Source: a virus
Reading direction: 5' to 3' (one strand)
IMG/VR virus record: IMGVR_UViG_3300032083_003484
Coordinates: 1-64,000 of that record
DNA length: 64,000 bases
Shown in pieces: positions 31,610-41,174 of the stretch (its first letter is position 1; every line of letters starts with the position of its first letter). Below the pieces are notes generated by a model. The model was not told the DNA's origin. It ran no database searches and was given only the letters and a program-made list of their open reading frames with translations. The position numbers were made by a program, and so were the translations under genes.

Positions 31610-33952
31610 CTAGGGAGGAGCGTTCCCGGCAGCAGTCCATGCTCCCTTTACGAACTCAAGGGCTGAGGCTGTGGTGTAGTTGTCATTACCATCATCACCC
31701 CAGTAAGGCCTTCGGGAGCGGCCGTCATCTCGTGGGTTGCCTATATTGGCTATATCAACATGCAGATCTCCACTTTGATAGTCGTGGTCGGCGCCCATAC
31801 CGGTTATACCTGCTTGGAAAAACGCTAAGGCTATTTGATAAATTCTCTTTCCATAAATTTCATAAACTCTGTAATCTTCTGGATTTGTCATGGCGGCTAA
31901 AGTTCTGTCAACCCTGATTTTTGAGCCAGTTTTAGATGGTTGGCCGGTGGCCGGATCAGTAGTCGCATTATATATGTGTATATCTGCTGCCCAACCAAAG
32001 TCATGTCGGCCGCTCCCCGTGCGGTCTCCGCCTCCTTCAGGTGGTTGACCGCCGCTCCAAATCACAATGTACAAGTTTTCCTGACTAGCGACAGACTGCA
32101 AGACTTGAAGTAGTTGAGGCTGCACAGCATTCCGTCGTCTACCACTTAAATCATATTCTAAACGATCGTATCCAGGTATTGGCCCGCTTGTGGGCCTAGT
32201 GAGCAGCGCCTGAGCCCCTGGGCCATCAATACCTTCCGGGACAAACGAACCGTCACCCTCTCTTACCTGTCTATAAGCGTTAGTAACACCATAAACTGCG
32301 TTTTTGTTCTCTTGATTTTGAAGACGGCCGACGCTCCAAAAATAAATGCGATCCGCAGACGAGTTTTCGATCGTACTCAATACACACCTTAGCACGTTCT
32401 CGTAAGGAGATAGCGTTCCATTATCAAAGCCGGACAGTCTATATGCAGCGAGGCCCATACCAAGCTTGGGGTTGAGCGGTGAACTAGAACTAAATTGATC
32501 ATTAAACTTCTCAGCGGCTCGGGCCTGGAATGTGCCGGGCTGCCTCACTGCTTGTTCGGATGGCACAAACTTCGAATAGGCTTGTATATTCCACTGGCTA
32601 ATTTTGGCAATTGAGGTGGACGCTTCCTCTTCGGCTTGCTGGGCTGCTAGAACGAAATCTCCAACTGTCCCCATGCGCCCCTGGTGGGTGGTGGCTTCCA
32701 GATTAATCGATCCATTATTGATTGATGGTATTTCATTCATCTTGGTCAGTAGGTATTTTGCTGCTTCCACCTTGTCAGCAAAGGCTTCTGAGGGATCTAA
32801 CGCCCTGAAGTTTCGGTCTCCGTACCAAGCAGATGTATTCCAGCTTGCGCCTTCCACATCAAACTCAATAGCTTTTATTTTTTCTGGGCCTGCGGCGCCG
32901 ATAAATCCTCTAATCTTTGCAGCATAATCATCTATCAGGGCTCTGCTGGGATATGGCCAAACAGTGATTGTATATTCTATTCCTGCTGTAGCTAGCTTGT
33001 CTGCAATTTGGGCTATCTGAGCCGGAGTGAAACCATCGGCTGCTTCGTCAAAATTTAGTGGCCATCGCTTGTCTCCGCTAGAAAGCGTCGGAATTTGACT
33101 AGAATCTAAATTTGGATTTCTATTATCAACAGCCTGACTGGTGATCATGTGATTGACCATAGCTATGTTGTTATTTTTCCACATTGAGATAAAGTCATCC
33201 AAGTCCTGCATCGTCTCGGAGACTCCTCTATCGAGCCATACTCCAAATTTCATTGGCCTGTTGTTTTTGAACGTATCGACTACTTCAGCCGAGGTGACAC
33301 CCGGAAGAGTCGGGCCTAAGCCACCATACACGTTTCGGCCGTGGCCCGAACGAAACGGCTGGCCTCCGGAGCTATTAAAATAAAATGAAGCGCCGTCGCC
33401 AGTAACAACATCTGCAGAAAAGTTGTTTCTTACCACAACTTTTCTAACTACGGCGCCGTTCCATGAGTTTTGTTCTGGTTTATATACCTCAACAATGTCA
33501 CCGATACCAAAAGATTCTATTGTTTCACTAACGGGCTTTTCTGATATTGCTCGGCCTTGCAACCCAATCGTGTCGACATAACTTTGCACTGTTGTTGCAT
33601 AACTTGAGGGATCTGGGGCAAACTGGTCTGATTCATCCCTTAGAACAAATATAAAATATTCAGGGATCTCTCCTGTCGTTGTTGAGTTGGCGTATAAATC
33701 CGGATAAAGATGTGCCGCCGGCCTTCCCGCTGTAACTCCCAGTATTCTAGCTTTGAATGTGTTGCCAAATGTAGATAAAGAATCGACAGCGTAAGAGTTT
33801 TGTAAGGCACTCTGAGCTATTTGAGTATACGGATCCAATACTCCGTTTCTTACGTCTAAAATCTTCTCAGAGTTTGAGTAAGGGTTTGATCTTAAATTGT
33901 TATAAGATCCAAACCTTTCTATTAATCTTGGACGTGGTATACGAACTGCCAT
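31610..33952 (-). CDS. Tail-associated lysin (gp5-like N-terminus + glycoside-hydrolase-like TIM barrel + M15 Zn-peptidase)
   Basis: OB-like GDIVEVY; IEFDVEG...WNIQAY...GMGLAAY...YFWS; M15 motifs SGRHDFGWAADIH and DLHVD. Confidence 0.6.
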   Translation of the reverse strand: MAVRIPRPRLIERFGSYNNLRSNPYSNSEKILDVRNGVLDPYTQIAQSALQNSYAVDSLSTFGNTFKARILGVTAGRPAAHLYPDLYANSTTTGEIPEYFIFVLRDESDQFAPDPSSYATTVQSYVDTIGLQGRAISEKPVSETIESFGIGDIVEVYKPEQNSWNGAVVRKVVVRNNFSADVVTGDGASFYFNSSGGQPFRSGHGRNVYGGLGPTLPGVTSAEVVDTFKNNRPMKFGVWLDRGVSETMQDLDDFISMWKNNNIAMVNHMITSQAVDNRNPNLDSSQIPTLSSGDKRWPLNFDEAADGFTPAQIAQIADKLATAGIEYTITVWPYPSRALIDDYAAKIRGFIGAAGPEKIKAIEFDVEGASWNTSAWYGDRNFRALDPSEAFADKVEAAKYLLTKMNEIPSINNGSINLEATTHQGRMGTVGDFVLAAQQAEEEASTSIAKISQWNIQAYSKFVPSEQAVRQPGTFQARAAEKFNDQFSSSSPLNPKLGMGLAAYRLSGFDNGTLSPYENVLRCVLSTIENSSADRIYFWSVGRLQNQENKNAVYGVTNAYRQVREGDGSFVPEGIDGPGAQALLTRPTSGPIPGYDRLEYDLSGRRRNAVQPQLLQVLQSVASQENLYIVIWSGGQPPEGGGDRTGSGRHDFGWAADIHIYNATTDPATGQPSKTGSKIRVDRTLAAMTNPEDYRVYEIYGKRIYQIALAFFQAGITGMGADHDYQSGDLHVDIANIGNPRDDGRSRRPYWGDDGNDNYTTASALEFVKGAWTAAGNAPP

Positions 33953-33969
33953 ACAAAACTACCTCTAAG

Positions 33970-33979
33970 ATAAATAGTT
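33970..33979 (-). promoter_or_regulatory. Candidate late promoter AACTATTTAT
   Basis: Intergenic, upstream of the SD GAGG and the ATG at 33952; heads the structural block. Confidence 0.65.
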
Positions 33980-33984
33980 CCGCC

Positions 33985-34689
33985 TTAGATTTCTCCGTTG
34001 TCCCACTCGGCTCTTAGATTTCGATATTTTTTTCTTACTTTTGTTAGAGAAGAAGTTATTTGTTTTGTGCTAAAGCCGGTAATCTCCCGCAGATAAACAT
34101 ATACAGCTTTTTTGTTAAATATATCAATCTGTTCTACTGACTCAAATAAAACTTCGACTGCTTCTAAGATTTTTCTATCTTGAGCGCTGGATGTTTCTTC
34201 CTTCCACCATACTATTTCTTCGTGGAGCACCTCAATAAACTCTGCTTTTGTGCGATCTTGGATGTAAGTGTTTCGAACGATAAGCTTTTCATCTAATACT
34301 GTATCAGAAACATCCAAGGCAACTTCTTTTTGAAGCTTCTTTTTTCTTTTCTTGGTCTCGGCAATAAACCAGTTCTTTGTGATCACTGAAAAGTAAGTAA
34401 AGGCCTTATAGCCCTTTTCAACATCAAACTTTTCTAAGATTGTAACCAAAAAGACTTTGCAATCTTCTTTTAGAATATCGCAATTTGGAAGTGAGTTAAA
34501 CTTATACGTATAAACAATCTTATCAACCAACTCGTCAAAAGCAGGTTGGATTAGTGTTACGTATAACTCTTCTCTTCTAGCTTTTGATTTTGATTTACAG
34601 TACTCAAGAATTGCGTCTTCGTGTACCTGCGTAAAATACATGTTTTTTTTCTTTGGATACTTGCTCTTCCTTCTCTTCTTCGTTGTCAT
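33985..34689 (-). CDS. Phage sigma factor, late-transcription (gp55-like)
   Basis: YFTQVHEDAILEY...KFDVEKGYKAFTYFSVITKNWFI region-2-like; C-terminal HTH YLREITGFSTKQIT; SD GAGGAG. Confidence 0.7.
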   Translation of the reverse strand: MTTKKRRKSKYPKKKNMYFTQVHEDAILEYCKSKSKARREELYVTLIQPAFDELVDKIVYTYKFNSLPNCDILKEDCKVFLVTILEKFDVEKGYKAFTYFSVITKNWFIAETKKRKKKLQKEVALDVSDTVLDEKLIVRNTYIQDRTKAEFIEVLHEEIVWWKEETSSAQDRKILEAVEVLFESVEQIDIFNKKAVYVYLREITGFSTKQITSSLTKVRKKYRNLRAEWDNGEI

Positions 34690-34993
34690 CTATTTGCTCC
34701 TCTAGGGCACCTGTAAGCTCTTCTTCCTCTAACCTGCTAAACAGGGTCGTAAAGTCTCCAACTCTCTCTGAGACGGCCTTTGAGTGCTCTAACAAGGCAC
34801 GTAAGGTTTCATCTCCATAAAAGGATTCAAGCTGGTATACTTGTTCGACGTGGCGATGATAAATGTTGAGGTCTGTAATCACTTCCTCAACTTCTAATGA
34901 AAGGTCTGAAAGGTCGGTTACAAGGCGGCGGCCATACCAAGTTAGAATTACATTAAGTAATACCGAAACTGTTATAATACCATAAATCATCAA
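34604..34993 (-). CDS. Hypothetical protein with an N-terminal membrane anchor and coiled coil
   Basis: Hydrophobic N-terminus IYGIITVSVLLNVILTW; 3' end overlaps the sigma gene by 86 nt. Confidence 0.55.
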   Translation of the reverse strand: MMIYGIITVSVLLNVILTWYGRRLVTDLSDLSLEVEEVITDLNIYHRHVEQVYQLESFYGDETLRALLEHSKAVSERVGDFTTLFSRLEEEELTGALEEQIDDNEEEKEEQVSKEKKHVFYAGTRRRNS

Positions 34994-35256
34994 TCCAACA
35001 TCCTATTTGCTAAATTATCTTTTTCGTCTTGAAGAATCTTTCTGTTTTCTTCAATATAATCTTTTGTTAGTTCGCCGGTCTTTTTTGAAGTTTCTTCGGC
35101 GGTTCTTCGGATACTAACAGTAGATAATTGTTTTGTTATTTCGCCTTTATCGGCGCAATCATACACTTCTGAACAAGTGGTTGGGTCTTCATCTGCCCCA
35201 ACCATTGCCTTTAAAGTTGACCCACATTTTTTACATTCGTAAGCGTAAATGGGCAT
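34990..35256 (-). CDS. FmdB-family zinc-ribbon protein
   Basis: MPIYAYECKKCG signature. Confidence 0.8.
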   Translation of the reverse strand: MPIYAYECKKCGSTLKAMVGADEDPTTCSEVYDCADKGEITKQLSTVSIRRTAEETSKKTGELTKDYIEENRKILQDEKDNLANRMLD

Positions 35257-35672
35257 TATTCTTCTTTATTATAGTAATCAGAAGATGAACGGATCTTCAT
35301 TCCAAGTCCATCAACTATTTCTGCTCCAATCTCTTTACAAGTTGTAGCTTCTGGAATCTCATCTATAAAGCGATCTCCGCCTTTTGCGAAGATGTCGGGG
35401 TTTACGGCTTGTAAAGATCTACATACCGTAGGATCCTCATCGATAGAAAGGAATACCTCGTCGACACACTTGAGAGAGGAGACGATCTTAAGTCTATCTC
35501 CCTCGGTCATAAACGGGGTGCCCTTCTTGAGTACTGCCTGATTATCATTATTAACAATAACAATCAACTTATCTCCAAGTTTGGCGGCCATCTCTAAATA
35601 CTCAATGTGACCAACGTGAATCGGATCAAAATAACCGCTGGCCACGACTGTTCTACTCTCTTTCATAATCAT
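35256..35672 (-). CDS. HIGH-family cytidylyl/adenylyltransferase (TagD/RfaE-II/RibL-like)
   Basis: SGYFDPIHVGH, IVIVNND, KGGDR, RSSS. Confidence 0.85.
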   Translation of the reverse strand: MIMKESRTVVASGYFDPIHVGHIEYLEMAAKLGDKLIVIVNNDNQAVLKKGTPFMTEGDRLKIVSSLKCVDEVFLSIDEDPTVCRSLQAVNPDIFAKGGDRFIDEIPEATTCKEIGAEIVDGLGMKIRSSSDYYNKEE

Positions 35673-35988
35673 CCTCTAGTCTCACAACATCATCGAGGTG
35701 AGGTGTCGACACTTCCATTAAAACAACGTCTGCGCCCTGCATTGCCCCAAAGCGATGAACACGGCCCGGTTCGTTGTGCCAGGTGTTGCCTTGCTGGATG
35801 GCGACGGCTTCACTTGTATCAGTCCACACAATGAGAGTTCCCTCTAAGACGTATACAGTCTCTTCTTTGAGGTCGTGGTATTGGAGCGATAGGCGGTGAC
35901 CTCCATTGATGTGTAGAATCTTCCCAACATAGTTATCAGTCTCCGCCCAAATCACTTCGTGGCCCCAAGGTTTATCAACCTTCCGCAT
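35653..35988 (-). CDS. Cupin protein (type II mannose-6-phosphate isomerase-like)
   Basis: KPWG, RLSLQYH...ETVYVLEG, PGRVHR, EVSTP...DVVRLEDDY. Confidence 0.8.
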   Translation of the reverse strand: MRKVDKPWGHEVIWAETDNYVGKILHINGGHRLSLQYHDLKEETVYVLEGTLIVWTDTSEAVAIQQGNTWHNEPGRVHRFGAMQGADVVLMEVSTPHLDDVVRLEDDYERE

Positions 35989-36169
35989 TGACGGCCTCTT
36001 CTAGCTCTGAAAGGTCTCCGGATACGACAGGTGGATTGGTTACCACAAGCCCATCATCGGACATCTCAAAAACCATATCGTTAAGAAGCGGCATGATATC
36101 TGCTTGCTCCCAAAGACATTTTTGTAGAACCATTAACAGGGCTCCGGCTGCTTGATTTGATAGTTTCAT
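35975..36169 (-). CDS. Small hypothetical protein
   Basis: 64-aa ORF with SD AAGGAG. Confidence 0.6.
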   Translation of the reverse strand: MKLSNQAAGALLMVLQKCLWEQADIMPLLNDMVFEMSDDGLVVTNPPVVSGDLSELEEAVNAEG

Positions 36170-36184
36170 TATTTTTCTCCTTTA

Positions 36185-37150
36185 TTATAATTCCTTTTCC
36201 CAGCGATCGATCATATCATCTAATAGCGTTTCAAATGTGTACTCTGGCTTCCAGCCCAGCACGTTTTTTACTTTTGAAGGATCCCCCTTAAGGTATTTTA
36301 GCTCTTCAGGACGCATGTAAATCGGGTTCTGAACAATATGATCTTCGTAATTTAATCCAAGTTTTGAAAATACAACTTCACACAAATCTCTTACAGAGTG
36401 TGTTTCGCCGGTCGCAACAATAAACTCATCAGGAGTATCATGGTTAAGGATCATGTGCATAGCTCTCACATAATCTTTTGAGTGCCCCCAGTCTCTATAA
36501 GAATCCATGTTTCCTAGCTCTAGTTTATCTTGTAACCCTTTCTTAATTGCAACAGCGCCCTTAACAACTTTGTTGGTTACAAAATTTGAACCCCTTCTTG
36601 GGGATTCGTGATTGAAAAGAACTCCGTTGCAAGCGTGAAGTCCATATGCGTGCCTATAATGCCTAACAAGATTATAGCCCATTACCTTTGCACACCCATA
36701 TGGACTAACCGGGTTCATTGGTGTTGTGAGTCTTTGTGTCCCGTCTTCATCAACAGAGTTGCCAAACATCTCTGAAGAAGATGCCTGATAGAATTTTGCT
36801 TCTGGGCATGTTGTTCTATATACTTCCAACATGTTCAAGACGCCTAGAGCGTTTGTTTGTATTGTAAATGATGGCATATCAAAACTGATTCTAACATGAC
36901 TCATTGCGCCAAGGTTATATATTTCATCCGGCTGGACTTCATTAACTATTCTTACCAAAGAAGGGTAGTCTAACAAGTCACCATAGTACGTATTGATGTT
37001 TTTTGTTATATGATTTATTCTGGAATCTTGGTTTTCGGCTACCGAATGCCTTCTTATCATCCCATAGACCTCATAATCATTATCCAATAAATATTCCGCC
37101 AGGTAGCTGCCATCCTGGCCTCCTACGCCGGTTATTAATGCCTTTTTCAT
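36185..37150 (-). CDS. gmd: GDP-mannose 4,6-dehydratase
   Basis: ALITGVGGQDGSYLAE, YNLGAMSHV, YQASSSEMFG, SPYGCAK, LFNHESPRRG, RDWGH. Confidence 0.95.
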   Translation of the reverse strand: MKKALITGVGGQDGSYLAEYLLDNDYEVYGMIRRHSVAENQDSRINHITKNINTYYGDLLDYPSLVRIVNEVQPDEIYNLGAMSHVRISFDMPSFTIQTNALGVLNMLEVYRTTCPEAKFYQASSSEMFGNSVDEDGTQRLTTPMNPVSPYGCAKVMGYNLVRHYRHAYGLHACNGVLFNHESPRRGSNFVTNKVVKGAVAIKKGLQDKLELGNMDSYRDWGHSKDYVRAMHMILNHDTPDEFIVATGETHSVRDLCEVVFSKLGLNYEDHIVQNPIYMRPEELKYLKGDPSKVKNVLGWKPEYTFETLLDDMIDRWEKEL

Positions 37151-37576
37151 TTAAACATTCTCCTTTGTTTTTATGTATGTTTTATCTTTAATTTGGCCAA
37201 AATATGGCCCATTTTTAAATTCGTATAAAATAGTTCCCTCTTCTAAGACTTTAAAACCATGACCTCCAGAAAACACGATTGCGCAATCGCCCTTTTCTAG
37301 GATCTCTTCATGAACCAAGGTATTATCTAGATCCCAAAACCTTGCTTCAATCGAGCCTGAAAGAATGACCCATGCTTCATTGGTTCCAAAGGTTTCTCGC
37401 CTAATATTATTGTGCTTATGAGGCTCAAAAAGATCATTTTTTGATAAAACCTTCGAAGAAACTTGTAAAAGAGCATCATCAGGAGACAGATCGTTTCTAT
37501 CCGCAACTATATCATCTTTTTTATTAATAATTAATAACAGTTTTTCATTAACTTTTGAATAAATAAACCTAGGCAT
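37151..37576 (-). CDS. WbuC-like cupin protein
   Basis: PHKH...EAWVILSG...GGHGF...YEFKNGPY. Confidence 0.7.
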   Translation of the reverse strand: MPRFIYSKVNEKLLLIINKKDDIVADRNDLSPDDALLQVSSKVLSKNDLFEPHKHNNIRRETFGTNEAWVILSGSIEARFWDLDNTLVHEEILEKGDCAIVFSGGHGFKVLEEGTILYEFKNGPYFGQIKDKTYIKTKENV

Positions 37577-38498
37577 TTACTTTCTCCCAAGCTATAATCG
37601 AATACCCATTTATATACATGCTCCCAATAAAGCTTTCTTTTTCAAAAATAATATTAATTTTTTTCTCTTTTTCTAGCTTGTGCATATAGTTTTTAAAGTT
37701 TTTAAGATAATTTCTTTTTTCAAAATATTTTTTACTTAAAAAATCATATAAGTTTGTATCATCTAAGTATTCACTAATTGGTTCTATGTGAAAACATATT
37801 TTAGGATTATTTTCTAGTAAAAAATTAATAAAATCTTCATATTTATCGCCAATTTGCTCTAAAGCTGCAAAGGTATATACCCCTGAGTCTTTTTCTAGAG
37901 AAAGACCATAATTCGGATTAAAAAAATCAAACTTATTACACTTAAAATCAGTGTTGAAGACTTTGTTAATATTTTCAATCGATTGCTGTGAACTTGTGGC
38001 CCAATCAAGCCCAAAAACATTTGCTTCTGGATTGACTTCGTTAACTCTTAAAAGGTTATGTCCAGTCCCGCAGCCAAATTCATATATATTTGCACAGTTC
38101 TTAATAAATTTTTCGAATATCCAATATTGTAATAAGCTAACTAGATTATATTCCATATCTTTATTGCATGGTTTAATTATTTTTTTATTCCATCTAATAT
38201 ATGGATATTTTCCGAAGTATTTTGGGATTAAAAAATTATGTTTTCTGTGTTTTAGAAACCCTTCAGAATTTTCACTCCAGCCTTTTTCCCAATCTCCTAT
38301 TCGATGCTGTCCGGCACGAGTTACTTCCCCTGTATTTTTGTACAGATATTTTAATATTTCTAATATGACATCATTATTTTCTTCTTTATCTAATTCCATA
38401 TAAGATAAATCAAAATCTTTAATTTTCTCTTTTAGAAAAACAGACAGTTCTTCACCAAGAGAATTTTCAAGATCTTTTTCACAAATTTTATTAATCAT
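37569..38498 (-). CDS. Class I SAM-dependent methyltransferase
   Basis: IYEFGCGTGHNL motif I, GLDW, FDFF. Confidence 0.8.
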   Translation of the reverse strand: MINKICEKDLENSLGEELSVFLKEKIKDFDLSYMELDKEENNDVILEILKYLYKNTGEVTRAGQHRIGDWEKGWSENSEGFLKHRKHNFLIPKYFGKYPYIRWNKKIIKPCNKDMEYNLVSLLQYWIFEKFIKNCANIYEFGCGTGHNLLRVNEVNPEANVFGLDWATSSQQSIENINKVFNTDFKCNKFDFFNPNYGLSLEKDSGVYTFAALEQIGDKYEDFINFLLENNPKICFHIEPISEYLDDTNLYDFLSKKYFEKRNYLKNFKNYMHKLEKEKKINIIFEKESFIGSMYINGYSIIAWEKVNA

Positions 38499-39552
38499 CG
38501 GTTCCTCCTAAGTTAAACCATTTAATTGTCCTTTTAATCCCTTCATCTAAAGATATTATTTCTTTTTCATACTCAGGAAATTCATTTCGAAACCTGTCCA
38601 TGGCCAAACTAACAATTTTTGGCGCCTCTTTTGTGGCTTCTGAAGGAAGCTTATTTTTCTTTATGGCTTCTATATTAAAAAAGCTAGCTACTTTATTGGC
38701 TAATTCATAAATTGTTATTTCCTCAACATCTCCACCTACATTATATACTAATTCTTTTCCATCTGTCAATATATATATTAAAATATAAACACAATTAGTA
38801 ATATAAAGGTAGTTTCTTCTTGAGGCGCCTTCATCTAGTAGATTAATATTTCCATTTTGCGCTTTAAAAAGAAAATCCTGCAGCACCCTTTCATCAGAGA
38901 ATAACGCTCCGGGACCATATGTTAAAGCGACTCTAGCTATTTTTGTTTCAACGTTATTGTTTTCTGCATATTGTTTGCAAAGTATCTCGCCTAGGCGTTT
39001 TGATACGATATAACACGATCGATTGTTCTGTAAGTCGAAAACACCATTATAGCTCTCCGGAGTGGGGACAAAGTCTGTAGGAGGAGTGCCATAGACCTCA
39101 CTAGTACTTAAAAATAAAAATTTTCCACCTTTTTTATCCATGTGCTCTAATATTGATTCAACACCCACTACATTTATCAAGCATGTTGCTATACTATTTT
39201 TTAAAAATTTGGCTGGTTGTCCATAACCAGAACAAAAAAAACAAAAATCAATTTTTTCTGGTATTTTAGAGTGTTCAATTCTTGTTGTACAATCCCATGA
39301 AAAATATTTTGCCGTATTATCTTCTACTATATGTTTAATTCTTTTCAGATTATCTTTTTTACTTTTAGACGTCAAAAAAAGATTAATATTTAAAGAAAAA
39401 CATTTATTAATATAAACAAAAAAATCAGCTAAAAAACCACCAATTAATCCATTTGCCCCAGTGATTAATATATTCGAATTTTTAAATTTTTCAATATTAA
39501 TTTTTTTACTTAAAAAGCTACATTCCTCATATATAACATCATAATTATACAT
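38491..39552 (-). CDS. NAD-dependent sugar epimerase/dehydratase (UDP-glucuronate decarboxylase-like SDR)
   Basis: ILITGANGLIG, FLSTSEVYG, YIVSK (YxxxK), TYGPG. Confidence 0.85.
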   Translation of the reverse strand: MYNYDVIYEECSFLSKKINIEKFKNSNILITGANGLIGGFLADFFVYINKCFSLNINLFLTSKSKKDNLKRIKHIVEDNTAKYFSWDCTTRIEHSKIPEKIDFCFFCSGYGQPAKFLKNSIATCLINVVGVESILEHMDKKGGKFLFLSTSEVYGTPPTDFVPTPESYNGVFDLQNNRSCYIVSKRLGEILCKQYAENNNVETKIARVALTYGPGALFSDERVLQDFLFKAQNGNINLLDEGASRRNYLYITNCVYILIYILTDGKELVYNVGGDVEEITIYELANKVASFFNIEAIKKNKLPSEATKEAPKIVSLAMDRFRNEFPEYEKEIISLDEGIKRTIKWFNLGGTDD

Positions 39553-40417
39553 ACCTTAATTTCTCCTTTGTTAACCCTAAAATTTCTCTGTGTTCGTCAG
39601 CAGTTCCATAGTCTGTACAAAACTTTCTTGGTATACCTGTTTTTTTTAAATTTATTAGCATGTTGTTCCTGGAAGCAATATCGAATATTTTATCTCCCAG
39701 GGCGCCTATTGAAGAATTTTCTTCAACTGATATACAATTATTTTGTTTTTTTAATAAATTAACTATTTTTAGTTCGGTTTCTAATGAAAGCGGTTCTATT
39801 GTTGGTAAATATATAATTATGTTTTGCTTTTCCTTTACTATTTCTAGTGTATGCCCACACGTAAAAATAAGAGGCTTTGTTATATCTCCTTCTATTATAT
39901 GACAGTCATATGGATTAATATCAAAATCTTCTTCATGCATGCTTTTGAATAGTTTAAAGTATTTTGTCTTACCGTTAGACCATGTTTTATTAAAAAGATT
40001 TTTGAATTCTTTTTTATTTCCCGGACAAAATATATCGATATTTGGAAGTGGTCTTAAAATTGATATATCTGAATAACAATGGTGTGTGCATCCCAAGTGA
40101 GCGTAGTCAAACGAGCCACCAACTGTGACTATCGTCACATCCAGCTCTTGATAACATAAATCAATCTTAATTTGCTCATACGCCCTTTCAACACAGAATG
40201 GAGCTATCGTATGTACAACTGGCTTAAAGCCATTGAGAGCCAGGCCGGCGGCGATCCCGATCATGGACTGTTCACAGATCCCAATGTTATAAAATCTATC
40301 TGGGAACCTGCTTTCGAATTCTTTTAATAGAAAATGACTAATATCGCCAATCAAAACTACTAGTTTTTCATCTTCTTCAGCTTTTCTTATTAATATATCT
40401 GCAAATGTTTTACGCAT
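39545..40417 (-). CDS. Transketolase-like, pyrimidine-binding/C-terminal subunit
   Basis: NIGICEQSMIGIAAGLA, RAYEQIKID, GCTHH, VEENS..G.LG. Confidence 0.9.
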   Translation of the reverse strand: MRKTFADILIRKAEEDEKLVVLIGDISHFLLKEFESRFPDRFYNIGICEQSMIGIAAGLALNGFKPVVHTIAPFCVERAYEQIKIDLCYQELDVTIVTVGGSFDYAHLGCTHHCYSDISILRPLPNIDIFCPGNKKEFKNLFNKTWSNGKTKYFKLFKSMHEEDFDINPYDCHIIEGDITKPLIFTCGHTLEIVKEKQNIIIYLPTIEPLSLETELKIVNLLKKQNNCISVEENSSIGALGDKIFDIASRNNMLINLKKTGIPRKFCTDYGTADEHREILGLTKEKLRYV

Positions 40418-41174
40418 CTAACTCCTCAATGAATTTTTCATATTGTTCTTTGTTTGGCGGGCCATGGTGCCAGGAGTGCATGTTGGTTTCCATCTCCTTT
40501 ACCCCTTTTCCCTTTACAGTCTTGCACACCACACAAATAGGTAGGTCTTGCTCTTCCTTGGCGGCGCTTATCGCTTTATTGATATCGGCTATGTTGTGAC
40601 CGTCTAAAACAACTACTACTTTCCACCCAAAAGCTTCGAATTTTTTTTCGATTCTTTTAGTCGGTAAAGATCTGATTTGAGAATTATTTTCATCAATTAT
40701 GCATATTAAGTTGTTTAATTTTAAATTTGCGGCGACCATTGCGGATTCCCAAGTTGTGCCTTCGTTACACTCCCCATCACCAATTAAACAAAAGGTTCTT
40801 TCATCCCTTTGTGATATTTTATTTGCGATCGCAATCCCAACACATATTGGCAGACCATGACCAAGAGAACCGGTTGATGCGTGAATTTTTTTGTGCTTTC
40901 CCCTATGCGGGTGACCACCTAGTATACTATCGAAAGAACCGAATGAAAAAAACTCCTCTTCACTAATTATCCCCATCTCTAAAAACACAGCATAAAGAGC
41001 CAAGCAGCCGTGTCCTTTGCTTAAGATAAATTTTTCTTCATCTTTTATATGATCTTTATAAAGGCAATATATGATCTCTAAAATAGAAAAAGCACTTGGA
41101 ATGTGACCTAGTTGAGTTTCATATGAAACTTTTAAAATTTGTTTTTTTAATTTTTTTATTATCTTATGATCCAT
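40410..41174 (-). CDS. Transketolase-like, ThDP-binding N-terminal subunit
   Basis: GHIPS, ILSKGHG, STGSLGHGL, GDGECNEG..WE, VDGH-like LDGHN, TVKGKG. Confidence 0.9.
   Translation of the reverse strand: MDHKIIKKLKKQILKVSYETQLGHIPSAFSILEIIYCLYKDHIKDEEKFILSKGHGCLALYAVFLEMGIISEEEFFSFGSFDSILGGHPHRGKHKKIHASTGSLGHGLPICVGIAIANKISQRDERTFCLIGDGECNEGTTWESAMVAANLKLNNLICIIDENNSQIRSLPTKRIEKKFEAFGWKVVVVLDGHNIADINKAISAAKEEQDLPICVVCKTVKGKGVKEMETNMHSWHHGPPNKEQYEKFIEELDA

Noticed and set aside
34604-34689. 86-nt overlap between the membrane protein and the late sigma as a frameshift signal
   Set aside because: The sigma gene has its own SD (GAGGAG) and ATG; an ordinary out-of-frame overlap in an A-rich stretch explains it.
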